Shown here: positions 7,736-16,277 of the stretch, piece after piece
Numbering within the stretch: position 1 is the stretch's first letter
Layout of the letters: the number at the start of each line of letters is the position of its first letter
Assembly (NCBI GenBank): GCA_964354495.1
Contig: CAYHAA010000021.1
Span: 1-32,000 of the forward strand
Source: an uncultured archaeon
GTDB lineage: Archaea; Asgardarchaeota; Thorarchaeia; Thorarchaeales; Thorarchaeaceae
DNA length: 32,000 nt
Direction: 5' to 3'
Program-made: the position numbers and the translations under genes
Notes under the pieces: model-generated
Databases searched by the model: none
Told to the model about the DNA's origin: nothing
What the model saw: the letters and a program-made list of their open reading frames with translations, nothing else

Positions 7736-10726
7736 TTGAGACTGCTGAATAGTAAGATAGGGGTTCTTGTACTGCTTGGTCTTCTCATTTCAAGCAGCAT
7801 GTTGGCAATGAGCCCGATCTCAAGTACAATGGAAAGCGAAGAATTGGCTCAGAGGATGGCAGATGGTTCTACTCTGGCAACGTCTTCAATGAACGTCTCG
7901 ATACCATATGTTGACAACCATTATGGTTCAGCAGATGGAATAATAGACCCAACTGAATACGCCTCTATCTTTACGGACCCTGCCTCGGGAGTCACAGCCT
8001 ATTTCGAGCACAATGGCACCTTGCTCTATGTTGGTCTAGAGGCATCTACGAAGGGGTGGATTGGCTTTGCCTGGCAGAACTACACCTCAGGTTTCACAGA
8101 GGCTGGTCTGAACAACAGTGATGTGATTGTCGGCTATGTTCCTGGCACAACTCTCACAAGTATGTGGCGCGTGAAAGGAACAGATGGGGTGACAGTTCAC
8201 TACTCTCTGAGTCTTCGAAATGGGTCACTGGTCCAAGAGGGGTCTGCCCCTTCAGAGAGCTCGACTGAACCTATTTCGGGCGCATCTCTACTTCAGGCAT
8301 ACAAAGATGCGATTATTGGGATGAGGATTGGTGAAATCCGCCACTTTATCATTCCTCCTGAAAAGGGATACACCACATCCACTGACAATCTCTATGGTCA
8401 GGACCTCATCTATACAATCACGCTGACTCGCATCTATAGGTCTGGCGTGTCAAGAACAATCAACCCCGCTGACACGAGTCAAATCGTCTATAGTGATGAA
8501 TACGGAACAAGCACCTTCCAGCATCTCCCCGACACTGACCAGACTCGGATTCTATCTGCTGATGGGTCCGATAATGGTACAATGACTCAGTTGGAGTACG
8601 TCCTCAATCTGAACAGCACAGATCTCAATGATGTTCCTCTGTTCAATGGGACCGACATTGTCTTTCCATTTGTCTTCATGTTCGGGTCCGGTGAAGAACT
8701 GAATGGGCTCCCTGTACAGCATACATACTGGACAGAGCCAGCCATGATTGAAGTCTTACCGAATCTGCCTCCCACAATGACCATTATCAGTCCTGAGGAT
8801 GGCGCAACTATTGAATGGATTGCATCACTGAAGCTGAATGCCACGAACGACTTTGTTGTGCAGGCATCCTACAAAATGGATAATGAATCTTGGGCTGATC
8901 TTCAGTACAACTTCAAATCGAAGATATGGGAAGCAGTTGTTGACTTGTCTATCTATGGGGAAGGTCCGCATATCTTCTCGTTCAATGCCACTGATCTCTC
9001 AAATGCAACAGGTATTGCGTATCTCAATTTTGAGATAGATAGACCATTCTTCCCCCTCTTGGGAATGCGCATGGATGTATCACGTTCATTCATTGTCACT
9101 CCCAACTTTGGTTCACGAGTGGTTGATACCTATACAATCAAGAATAACGGGTCGGTACCTATCAGCTCAATAGACATGTATCTCCCTGAGCAGTACGAAT
9201 CGAATGTTATCGAATTTGTGGCTGCAGATAATTCGGGTCATGACATCAGGGTTGTTCGATTGGAGAATGCTGATGGAATGATTCACTGGAGATTGCACTT
9301 CCCAGATGCAGTCAAGTTCCAGGAGTCGTTCATCTTCAAGACGACAACATATATGCACAGTCTCTTCTATTTGATAGTTTCAAAAGACTATGAGTATAGA
9401 CTTGAGTTCCTAAGATACCCAACAGTTCCCTACGTACTGAACAAGGCGAATTTTGAACTCAACTTCGAGGGTGGTGGTTCACTAGTTCCGAATGAGGTAG
9501 TGCCCAATCTTCGGTTGACCAATCTCGAACCTTTCACGGAAAACCTATTCGGCGTTAGTCTACGACTCTTCACCGAGAACATAATATCACGTCGGGCGAC
9601 CAGAATCATTGTGGATGCATGGGGCTGGTTGACATACGAGGAAACCATCTCGCTGGAAAACACTGGTGGACAGGCCATTGCCACAATCCCATTGACCTTA
9701 CCTGCATATTCAGCCAATATCAAGATATTCGACCAGGTTGGCGCCCTAGCAACTTCGCAGACTCAGGCGGCTATTACAACGGGCGATTTCAATGAAACAC
9801 GAGCGCTCACAATCAAGCTGGGAACAGATAGATTTGGTGCTGATGGTTTCAAACCAACATACAAATACACGTTCAAGGTAACGTATGTTGTCCAGGCAAG
9901 TGCCTATCAGAGTGCAGCCTCAGGGGGAATTCTGCTAGAACCTCCAATGGCGCTGCTTGGAGACATTCTGGTTCTCACCCATAGTTTGGATATTGTCTTC
10001 ACAGCATCAGTAGTAGCCAATGATGCGACGGAGGGTTACAGGCGACTCTATGGTATCTTTGATACATCGTATAGTTACACTTTCGATAATAGAACCCAGC
10101 GGAACCCCGCAGAGATATCTGTTGTCTATCAGAACACACTTGGCGCTGCAGCTAGGCCTGTTCTCTTCTCTCTAATAGTTGGCATCATAGCGGCACTCTA
10201 TGTCTCATACAGAAAGGTCAAATTGCCTGAAGATGCTCTGGGAGCGAGCGCTCAATCAGATGAGCATGGTGAATCTGATAAAGTGAAGCAGGTGGGCGCA
10301 CCTCCAGAACTTCTCTCCGACTTTGCCCAACTCTACTCAAGCAAGACAACTCTCAGTATTGATCTTGAGAAGCTCGATGCCGATAGAAGGAGAGGGAAGG
10401 TCAAGAAGCGAGAGTACATGATGCGCGACAGTGACCTGAAGAAGCAGATTGAGGTACTTGACCGTAGACTGCCCAGCGTGAAGGAGGAGCTCTCCCAACA
10501 TGGCACACGGTACAGAGATATGATTGCCCAGCTGGAACTTCAAGATGAACGAATCGAGGGCGCCAAGGCTGGTCTGCGTCAGCTCCTCATCAGGAAGAAG
10601 AAACAGAGAATTAGCCGCGCAGCCTTTGAGAAGTCCCGTCAGGACTACTTGAAGACGATTCAGAAGGCGCAGAGCGCTACTGATAGGATTCTCCTAACAA
10701 TCCAGGAGGAAGCTGGAGAGGTCTAG
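7736..10726 (+). CDS. Type I membrane protein: signal peptide, DOMON domain with inserted FKBP-type domain, Ig-like domain, ribophorin I (OST1/RPN1)-like luminal region, TM helix and cytoplasmic helical tail
   Basis: DOMON motifs (LLYVGLEASTKGWIGFAW, SDVIVGYV, GTMTQLEYVLNLNSTDLND); FKBP motifs (VTVHY, IIGMRIGEIRHFIIPPEKGY); RPN1-like motifs (RIIVDAWGWLTYEETISLENTG, LPAYSANIKIFDQVGALATS); one TM helix at about aa 809-825; many N-x-S/T sequons; TTG start with a GGTGA RBS. Confidence 0.78.
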   Translation: MRLLNSKIGVLVLLGLLISSSMLAMSPISSTMESEELAQRMADGSTLATSSMNVSIPYVDNHYGSADGIIDPTEYASIFTDPASGVTAYFEHNGTLLYVGLEASTKGWIGFAWQNYTSGFTEAGLNNSDVIVGYVPGTTLTSMWRVKGTDGVTVHYSLSLRNGSLVQEGSAPSESSTEPISGASLLQAYKDAIIGMRIGEIRHFIIPPEKGYTTSTDNLYGQDLIYTITLTRIYRSGVSRTINPADTSQIVYSDEYGTSTFQHLPDTDQTRILSADGSDNGTMTQLEYVLNLNSTDLNDVPLFNGTDIVFPFVFMFGSGEELNGLPVQHTYWTEPAMIEVLPNLPPTMTIISPEDGATIEWIASLKLNATNDFVVQASYKMDNESWADLQYNFKSKIWEAVVDLSIYGEGPHIFSFNATDLSNATGIAYLNFEIDRPFFPLLGMRMDVSRSFIVTPNFGSRVVDTYTIKNNGSVPISSIDMYLPEQYESNVIEFVAADNSGHDIRVVRLENADGMIHWRLHFPDAVKFQESFIFKTTTYMHSLFYLIVSKDYEYRLEFLRYPTVPYVLNKANFELNFEGGGSLVPNEVVPNLRLTNLEPFTENLFGVSLRLFTENIISRRATRIIVDAWGWLTYEETISLENTGGQAIATIPLTLPAYSANIKIFDQVGALATSQTQAAITTGDFNETRALTIKLGTDRFGADGFKPTYKYTFKVTYVVQASAYQSAASGGILLEPPMALLGDILVLTHSLDIVFTASVVANDATEGYRRLYGIFDTSYSYTFDNRTQRNPAEISVVYQNTLGAAARPVLFSLIVGIIAALYVSYRKVKLPEDALGASAQSDEHGESDKVKQVGAPPELLSDFAQLYSSKTTLSIDLEKLDADRRRGKVKKREYMMRDSDLKKQIEVLDRRLPSVKEELSQHGTRYRDMIAQLELQDERIEGAKAGLRQLLIRKKKQRISRAAFEKSRQDYLKTIQKAQSATDRILLTIQEEAGEV

Positions 10727-10840
10727 ACAGGTTCAGTGTCCATCTAGACCCTCCTCGTTCTCTCTCTGTACAGAAAAGGGCCTCTTAGTAAGTCTTATCA
10801 CATCACAGGAATTTCCTATCTGTCCCAAAGAGGGGTTTCA

Positions 10841-11698
10841 ATGAAGAAGAGTAAACCTATCGATCGTCAGACAATTAGAGCTAGGGAGCTTTTGGATGAC
10901 GAGTCTCTTGCTCTCGAGATGTATCAATATTTGACTGGCTCGCCAAGCGTGCAGTCATATCTCCGCAGTGCAAACCGTATGGCAGTGTCCAGATTGGGCT
11001 ACACGGACCATGGCCCTGTTCATGCAGAAGTGGCAACTTGGTATGCACTAAAGACGTTTGACATCCTTGAGAGCACATTCAAGCCCAATGTAGTTGCTGA
11101 GGGCATTGGCGATCTTGACGACGCGCGTCTTGTCGTACTCGCCTCGACCTATCTCCATGACATAGGTATGGTTGTCCATAGAAACGAGCACCAACAAGCC
11201 TCGGTTCAGCTTGCAAGTCCGATTCTCGAGTCCAAGTTGAATGACATATATGGCGATCCTGGGAAGGCAACTGATATTCTCTCTTTCATCTTTCACGGCA
11301 TCTATGCCCATGATGACGACACTCAGTGCCTCACCTTTGAGGCCGGAATCACCAAGATCGGTGACGGGTGCGATATGACGAAGGGTCGAACAGTAGTTCC
11401 CTTCCAGCAGGGGAAGGTCGATATCCATTCAGTCAGTGCAATGGCAATCAATGATGTCGTACTCTCGGCCGGTGATACTAAGCCTCTGCAAATCACTGTG
11501 GCTATGGATAATCCTGCAGGAGTCTTTCAGGTGCAGGCAGTCCTTGAGAAGAAGCTATCCACATCCGGCCTGAACGATTACGTCGATATTGATATCGAGG
11601 TCAACGGAGACCGTCTTGTGCTCTCTCACGTGAAGCGTCTCTTCAGGGTTGAGATGGCACAGCAAGAAGAGCCACTGAGCGTCAGAGAAAAAGAGTAA
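10841..11698 (+). CDS. HD-superfamily metal-dependent phosphohydrolase (COG3294-like)
   Basis: RLGYTDHGPVHA, YLHDIGM, IYAHD and IGDGCDMTKGR motifs. Confidence 0.88.
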   Translation: MKKSKPIDRQTIRARELLDDESLALEMYQYLTGSPSVQSYLRSANRMAVSRLGYTDHGPVHAEVATWYALKTFDILESTFKPNVVAEGIGDLDDARLVVLASTYLHDIGMVVHRNEHQQASVQLASPILESKLNDIYGDPGKATDILSFIFHGIYAHDDDTQCLTFEAGITKIGDGCDMTKGRTVVPFQQGKVDIHSVSAMAINDVVLSAGDTKPLQITVAMDNPAGVFQVQAVLEKKLSTSGLNDYVDIDIEVNGDRLVLSHVKRLFRVEMAQQEEPLSVREKE

Positions 11699-11792
11699 TG
11701 CGTCTTCTAGCTATCTCTCCATTGGAGCCTCAATGAGAACCATGACAGCCGAAAGAAGGGTACACTAGCTTTGGGGAAAGGCTAGAAAGAGG

Positions 11793-11868
11793 TGGTAGCC
11801 CCGGGAGGATTTGAACCTCCGTCAATGAGGCCAAAACCCACTATGCTGGACCGCTACACCACGGGGCT
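11793..11868 (-). tRNA. tRNA-Gln (TTG), CCA encoded, no intron
   Basis: 76-nt cloverleaf: AGCCCCG/CGGGGCT acceptor (A1-U72), anticodon stem GTGGG/CTCAT with loop TTTTGGC, T-arm GGAGG-TTCAAAT-CCTCC, ACCA end. Confidence 0.95.
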
Positions 11869-12880
11869 GCAGCCATGGATTGCTTTGAATCCTACTTCAA
11901 GCTTATGGTGCTTTCTCGAAAACTAAGAGTCATTATCTTCAGCTGCATGGATTCCTCTATCATTCAAAAATGTCGCGATGCTGCCATAATGAAACACCGC
12001 CGAAGGGAACTCAGAAAGACGCATATTGTTAATTATGAATTTCAAGGGATGCCTGAATTTCGTTGTAGTATCAACAAACTGTTTGCACTCGAAGAATTGC
12101 GCCACTTCAATGATATCCACATCAATACTCTGAAGTGCCACCACTTTCTCACTCGGTTCTATCTGAAGGAATAGGATTCTCCAGTGTTTTGAGAATGGAT
12201 GTTTCAGAAGTTCGAGATTCGGATCTGCTACCCACGTTATGGGATTACAAGTTTGGTTTGACATAGATTGCTTGCAGTTCTCGGCAGGTCCATTGCTTTC
12301 AGAAGTTCAGATTCCTTTCTGCCTCGGCAGCTGAAAGGTTTGAGAAAAGTCATACTAATGGGAGTATTTGCACTTTTCACTTCTGAAAACTCAATATCTG
12401 TTTCAGAATTCCACCGAGACTTCTTTTGAAAGGCGCTCCCTTCGTCTTTGGATACCTCCGAGTCTCAATCAAATCAATCGTGTCTTTCATAGTGATTGAG
12501 TAGATGGTTTTGGTGTTTTGGACCTGTTCTTCTCTTAGTTTAAGAAATGCAAGTATTATTATTCAAGTCCAGACAAAACGAACCATTCATTCACATTGGC
12601 ACCCTCAAACATCTCTTGGATAATCACAGCAAGAAAGGTCGAGCAGTGAGTATCTCCCCACTCACCCCAAGGATATTCAATGCTATATTGTTTCCCAAAG
12701 ACAAACCCCTGCACAGACCTCCTTGTAGTCCTCCTTGATTTCGGAGAGAATTGGGAAACCCTGAGCAATCCTGATAGCATAAGTACCGGGATTCATCTTT
12801 CTCTGCAAGTCATGCTTTCATTCAATATCTGCAGACTGCAAAGCATAAAGCTTATTTTGTATCAATATAATATATTCCTT

Positions 12881-13198
12881 ATGAATTCCGATAATCCAAT
12901 CCCCGAGCTTGAATTCTTAGTGGCGTTAGAACGTACAGGCGCCCTTCGCCTTCTGGTTTCTCTCTTGCAGGGAGATAGATTCATCTCAGAACTGATACGG
13001 CGCCATGACAACCAAGGAATCGCATCGCAACCTGCATTGGAGAAGACCCGTACTGAACTAGTCAAAATTAGACTCATTGAGGAACATGAAGTGTTCAATG
13101 AACTGACCAGAAAGACACGTCTCTATGTTGGGTTGACTCATAAGGGGAGAGAGGTGGCTGAAGGCATTCTGAAAGTTGCAGGAATTCTTTCAAATTAG
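12881..13198 (+). CDS. Winged helix-turn-helix transcriptional regulator
   Basis: 105 aa from ATG 12881 after an AT-rich stretch; GALRLLVSLLQGDRFISEL...LEKTRTELVKIRLIEE...YVGLTHKGREVAE wing pattern. Confidence 0.75.
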   Translation: MNSDNPIPELEFLVALERTGALRLLVSLLQGDRFISELIRRHDNQGIASQPALEKTRTELVKIRLIEEHEVFNELTRKTRLYVGLTHKGREVAEGILKVAGILSN

Positions 13199-13268
13199 TA
13201 TGGAAAAATGACACAGATTCTCATTATGAGCTAAAATATTATGAATAGAAATCAACTCTTGATGAATC

Positions 13269-13484
13269 ATGTCTGAAAAGGGGTTAATGGAGCGGGACGG
13301 TCTGTTACGAGCGTTGCAAGATATCCTCGGTGAGATGGCAGACAAGATTGGCGAGCTTCCTGCTAAGTGCCAGATATGTCCCCCGATGAAGATACTCTCT
13401 GAATTTGCACTAAGACTCCGCAAAGCTGGACTTCAAGAGGAAGCTGAGGTCATAAAGAATGTCAGAGACTTCTACAATATCTAA
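13269..13484 (+). CDS. Small hypothetical protein with a CxxC motif
   Basis: 71-aa helical-looking ORF with CQICPP, same strand as and just downstream of the wHTH gene; no family recognised. Confidence 0.55.
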   Translation: MSEKGLMERDGLLRALQDILGEMADKIGELPAKCQICPPMKILSEFALRLRKAGLQEEAEVIKNVRDFYNI

Positions 13485-13670
13485 ATCCTATTTACTTCTT
13501 TCATATATCACATCATCAACACTCGGATGTCCTGTGAGAATACTCGACAACGCATGGTCGGAGAATAAAGTAATAGAATTGAAATCCATCTTAAGAGAAG
13601 TGCTATCGTATGATTTCAAGGCATACAATAGCACACCACAATCAGTAAAGGAATATTCCAGATTCTACTA

Positions 13671-14192
13671 CTAGGAATCAGTCACGAAGATCCTTACGTG
13701 GAAGTCTCCGTAGCCTCCTTGACAGAATACCCATACTACAATATAGTTACCATTTAAGCCATCCCAGTATGCGTAATAACCGGAACTAGTAAATTGGGTG
13801 GTGCCAAGAACCTCGTCATATCCTTCCTCACCATCATCTACCATTATACTTTGCCACATTTGAGCGAATACGTAGTGATTCCGGATAACTCCAATGGCAA
13901 CATCGAGTTCGTCATCAACCCATACCCACACCGAGAAATAGTGTGATGTGTGTGTCGTGTCAAAATCCTCTTCTTCCCAATGGAACCATACTCGTTCTTG
14001 AGATTGATTAAATGTTCCGTAATAATCATAGTACGAGTTAGGAGTCATGTCTTCATCTTGCTCAGCATATCCGATATATGTTCCCGGGACCCAACTTGGC
14101 CAAGTTGCTTGTACTGGCACTGCAATGAATGCAGTCAATACTGCAGCTAGAAAGAGTGAAGCGATTAAGTATTGGTGTTTTCGAATTTTCAT
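13671..14192 (-). CDS. Hypothetical secreted acidic, aromatic-rich protein
   Basis: Basic-hydrophobic signal peptide ending VQA; mature part rich in D/E and W/Y/F; no TM anchor; AT-rich promoter upstream. Confidence 0.75.
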   Translation of the reverse strand: MKIRKHQYLIASLFLAAVLTAFIAVPVQATWPSWVPGTYIGYAEQDEDMTPNSYYDYYGTFNQSQERVWFHWEEEDFDTTHTSHYFSVWVWVDDELDVAIGVIRNHYVFAQMWQSIMVDDGEEGYDEVLGTTQFTSSGYYAYWDGLNGNYIVVWVFCQGGYGDFHVRIFVTDS

Positions 14193-14210
14193 ATTTGAAT
14201 TCCTCCTGCA

Positions 14211-14236
14211 ATGCAGTAATATACTGCATACTGCAT
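14211..14236. promoter_or_regulatory. Inverted-repeat operator candidate between divergent genes
   Basis: ATGCAGTA-ATA-TACTGCAT perfect inverted repeat plus a second tandem TACTGCAT; related TACAGT repeats at 14279 and 14289. Confidence 0.5.
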
Positions 14237-14391
14237 TGAAGTATAGTATATATTAATCCTATTAAACATATTGAATACTACAGTTAATTACAGTATACAA
14301 TTAAATCAGCAGTTTTTTTGAACGACATGGCTCCTGCAAAAACCTTAAGCACCTATTGTAGGAGCCACGACATAAAACAGAAAAGACATCA

Positions 14392-16149
14392 TTGAGGAGT
14401 ATGGGACCATTGAGGAAGTATCCAATCATCATTTGCCTCTTGGTCGTACTGTTTCTGAATGCAGGTATTCAAAGTGGTAATGCTGATGTGACTTCACTTA
14501 GTTCAAATCACATGATAAAAAGCGATAGCCGCCTCTTTGACTGGGTACAGGAATTGCAGGAACACGCTCCTATCGTAGTTGCTGCCGACGATGACTTCGT
14601 TGTTCAAGGATGGGAAGGAAACGGGTCAGAGAGTAATCCCTTCATTATTGAGGAGATTGTGATTAGAGCACCATATTCCGCCATAATGATATCGAACACT
14701 ACCAAACACTTCGAGATTCGCAGATGTCTTTTCACCACAGAAAATCCTCCTGTTAGCGGAGGCCCAGCATTGAACTTCAGGAATGTGACAAATGGTCGTG
14801 TGGCCAGTTGCTTCATTAATGGAACATCGTATGGGGTAGTAGTCAGAAATTCCACAGATTGCCAATTCACTGATAATATCGTGTCTGATAATATGTTCGA
14901 TGCATTTGTCTTTGAATACGGACAAGACATCCTTGTTGAGAATAACACAATCCATCACTCGAGTTCTGGAATTTCGTTGGAGGAGTCAACTAACTTTGCA
15001 ATATGTGACAATCGTATCTATGAGTGCTACAAAGGTATGTACCTGATCGATGTTCAGTCTTGCGATGTTCGAGAAAATATGGTCTGGAGAAGCAATATTG
15101 GAATAGATATGACGCGCGCACAGAGCGTCATCACGAACAATACTATCTACGGGAACACTAACATTGGTGTTCGAGCCAGCACAGGCATAGCATCAACTAT
15201 GGTCTATGGAAATTGTATTGGCTGGAATGGAGCAACAAATGCTCAGGATGATAGTAATTCTACCGAATGGGATGATGGTATTGACACTGGAAATTGCTGG
15301 AGTGACTGGCTTGGAACAGGCAACTATTCGATTCCCGGAACTGCGGCAGGTCAGGATCGATGGCCGTTGCTTCTAGTCGATGATGTGACTCCAGTTGTTG
15401 ACTCTCCGGATGATGTCGATTTTGAGTTTGGAATCAGAGGCAAGTCAGTGACATGGAATACGAGTGATGAATTTCCCTTGACCTACCAGATTTTGAGAAA
15501 TGGTGAGGTGATAGAAGCGCAAACTTGGACCGGACAAACGCTGACTGTTCAATTGGAAGGCCTAGTTCCTAGAACTCATTTCTATATGGTTCGACTCTGG
15601 GATGCTCAAGGGAATTATGTAACTGATCAGGTGTCTGTCATTATTGCAGAGGCAGAACCTCCGATGATTAACCACCCCCCTGATATACAGCATATTGTTG
15701 GTGATGTGGGGTACAATATTACTTGGATCCCAACGGATGCATACCCTGACCACTATGAAGTCTTTATCAACGGGACAGCACACGAATCAGGTGACTGGAA
15801 CGGTTCTGAGATTGTAATTCTTGTTGATGGCCTTGATGTCGGTGTGCATGATTATACTCTAGTAGTATATGATGTAATAGGACAGGAAACAATGGATACA
15901 GTATTAGTGGTAGTTTTCGCTTATTCCAATCCTCCTCCACCCAATTATCTTCTACAGGTGCTGTTTTACCTTGGTATCGGTGCGGTTGGTTTCATAGTTG
16001 CCTTTTCAATTCTCTACATAAGGAAACCATTCTTGAAACATATCAGAGATGAAGATGATTCTGTGGACAACGATGAGATCCAGGAAGCGATAAAGGAACT
16101 AGTTGCTGACAGAGATATGAGCGCAGACTTCAGTGATAGTCACAAATGA
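14392..16149 (+). CDS. Cell-surface protein with parallel beta-helix (NosD/CASH-like) repeats, two Ig-like repeats and a C-terminal TM anchor
   Basis: Signal peptide; HAPIVV..DDDF...WEGNGSESNPFIIE cap; repeated xxNNxIxxN units; GNCWSDW; two repeats of type (S/I)TWxxxDxxPxxY.(I/V)..NG; hydrophobic helix near the C-terminus. Start TTG 14392 or ATG 14401. Confidence 0.85.
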   Translation: MRSMGPLRKYPIIICLLVVLFLNAGIQSGNADVTSLSSNHMIKSDSRLFDWVQELQEHAPIVVAADDDFVVQGWEGNGSESNPFIIEEIVIRAPYSAIMISNTTKHFEIRRCLFTTENPPVSGGPALNFRNVTNGRVASCFINGTSYGVVVRNSTDCQFTDNIVSDNMFDAFVFEYGQDILVENNTIHHSSSGISLEESTNFAICDNRIYECYKGMYLIDVQSCDVRENMVWRSNIGIDMTRAQSVITNNTIYGNTNIGVRASTGIASTMVYGNCIGWNGATNAQDDSNSTEWDDGIDTGNCWSDWLGTGNYSIPGTAAGQDRWPLLLVDDVTPVVDSPDDVDFEFGIRGKSVTWNTSDEFPLTYQILRNGEVIEAQTWTGQTLTVQLEGLVPRTHFYMVRLWDAQGNYVTDQVSVIIAEAEPPMINHPPDIQHIVGDVGYNITWIPTDAYPDHYEVFINGTAHESGDWNGSEIVILVDGLDVGVHDYTLVVYDVIGQETMDTVLVVVFAYSNPPPPNYLLQVLFYLGIGAVGFIVAFSILYIRKPFLKHIRDEDDSVDNDEIQEAIKELVADRDMSADFSDSHK

Positions 16150-16277
16150 GTGGTATCCTAGATAACACTTGGGTATCTCCAGGCACAATCTCGTGATTGT
16201 GAACAGAATCAAGAATGAACCTTCTTTCGGGTCGAGAATTACATTCTGATAAAGTGCAAGAAGTCGAAGAAGTGCTT

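Noticed and set aside
11875-12174. ELRKTHIVNYEFQGMPE resembles the tyrosine-recombinase HxLRH/K...G box next to the tRNA
   Set aside because: No downstream catalytic His/Trp and Tyr in any frame and no upstream Arg box; a spacing match alone is not enough to call an integrase.
11923-12264. Minus-strand 113-aa ORF with DVDII...FECK, like a PD-(D/E)xK nuclease
   Set aside because: Motif too short and generic, no clear start context, surrounding frames full of stops; at most an unidentifiable relic.
12680-12880. N-terminal extension of the 172-aa ORF
   Set aside because: Runs through AT-rich promoter-like DNA; the wHTH pattern starts at ATG 12881.
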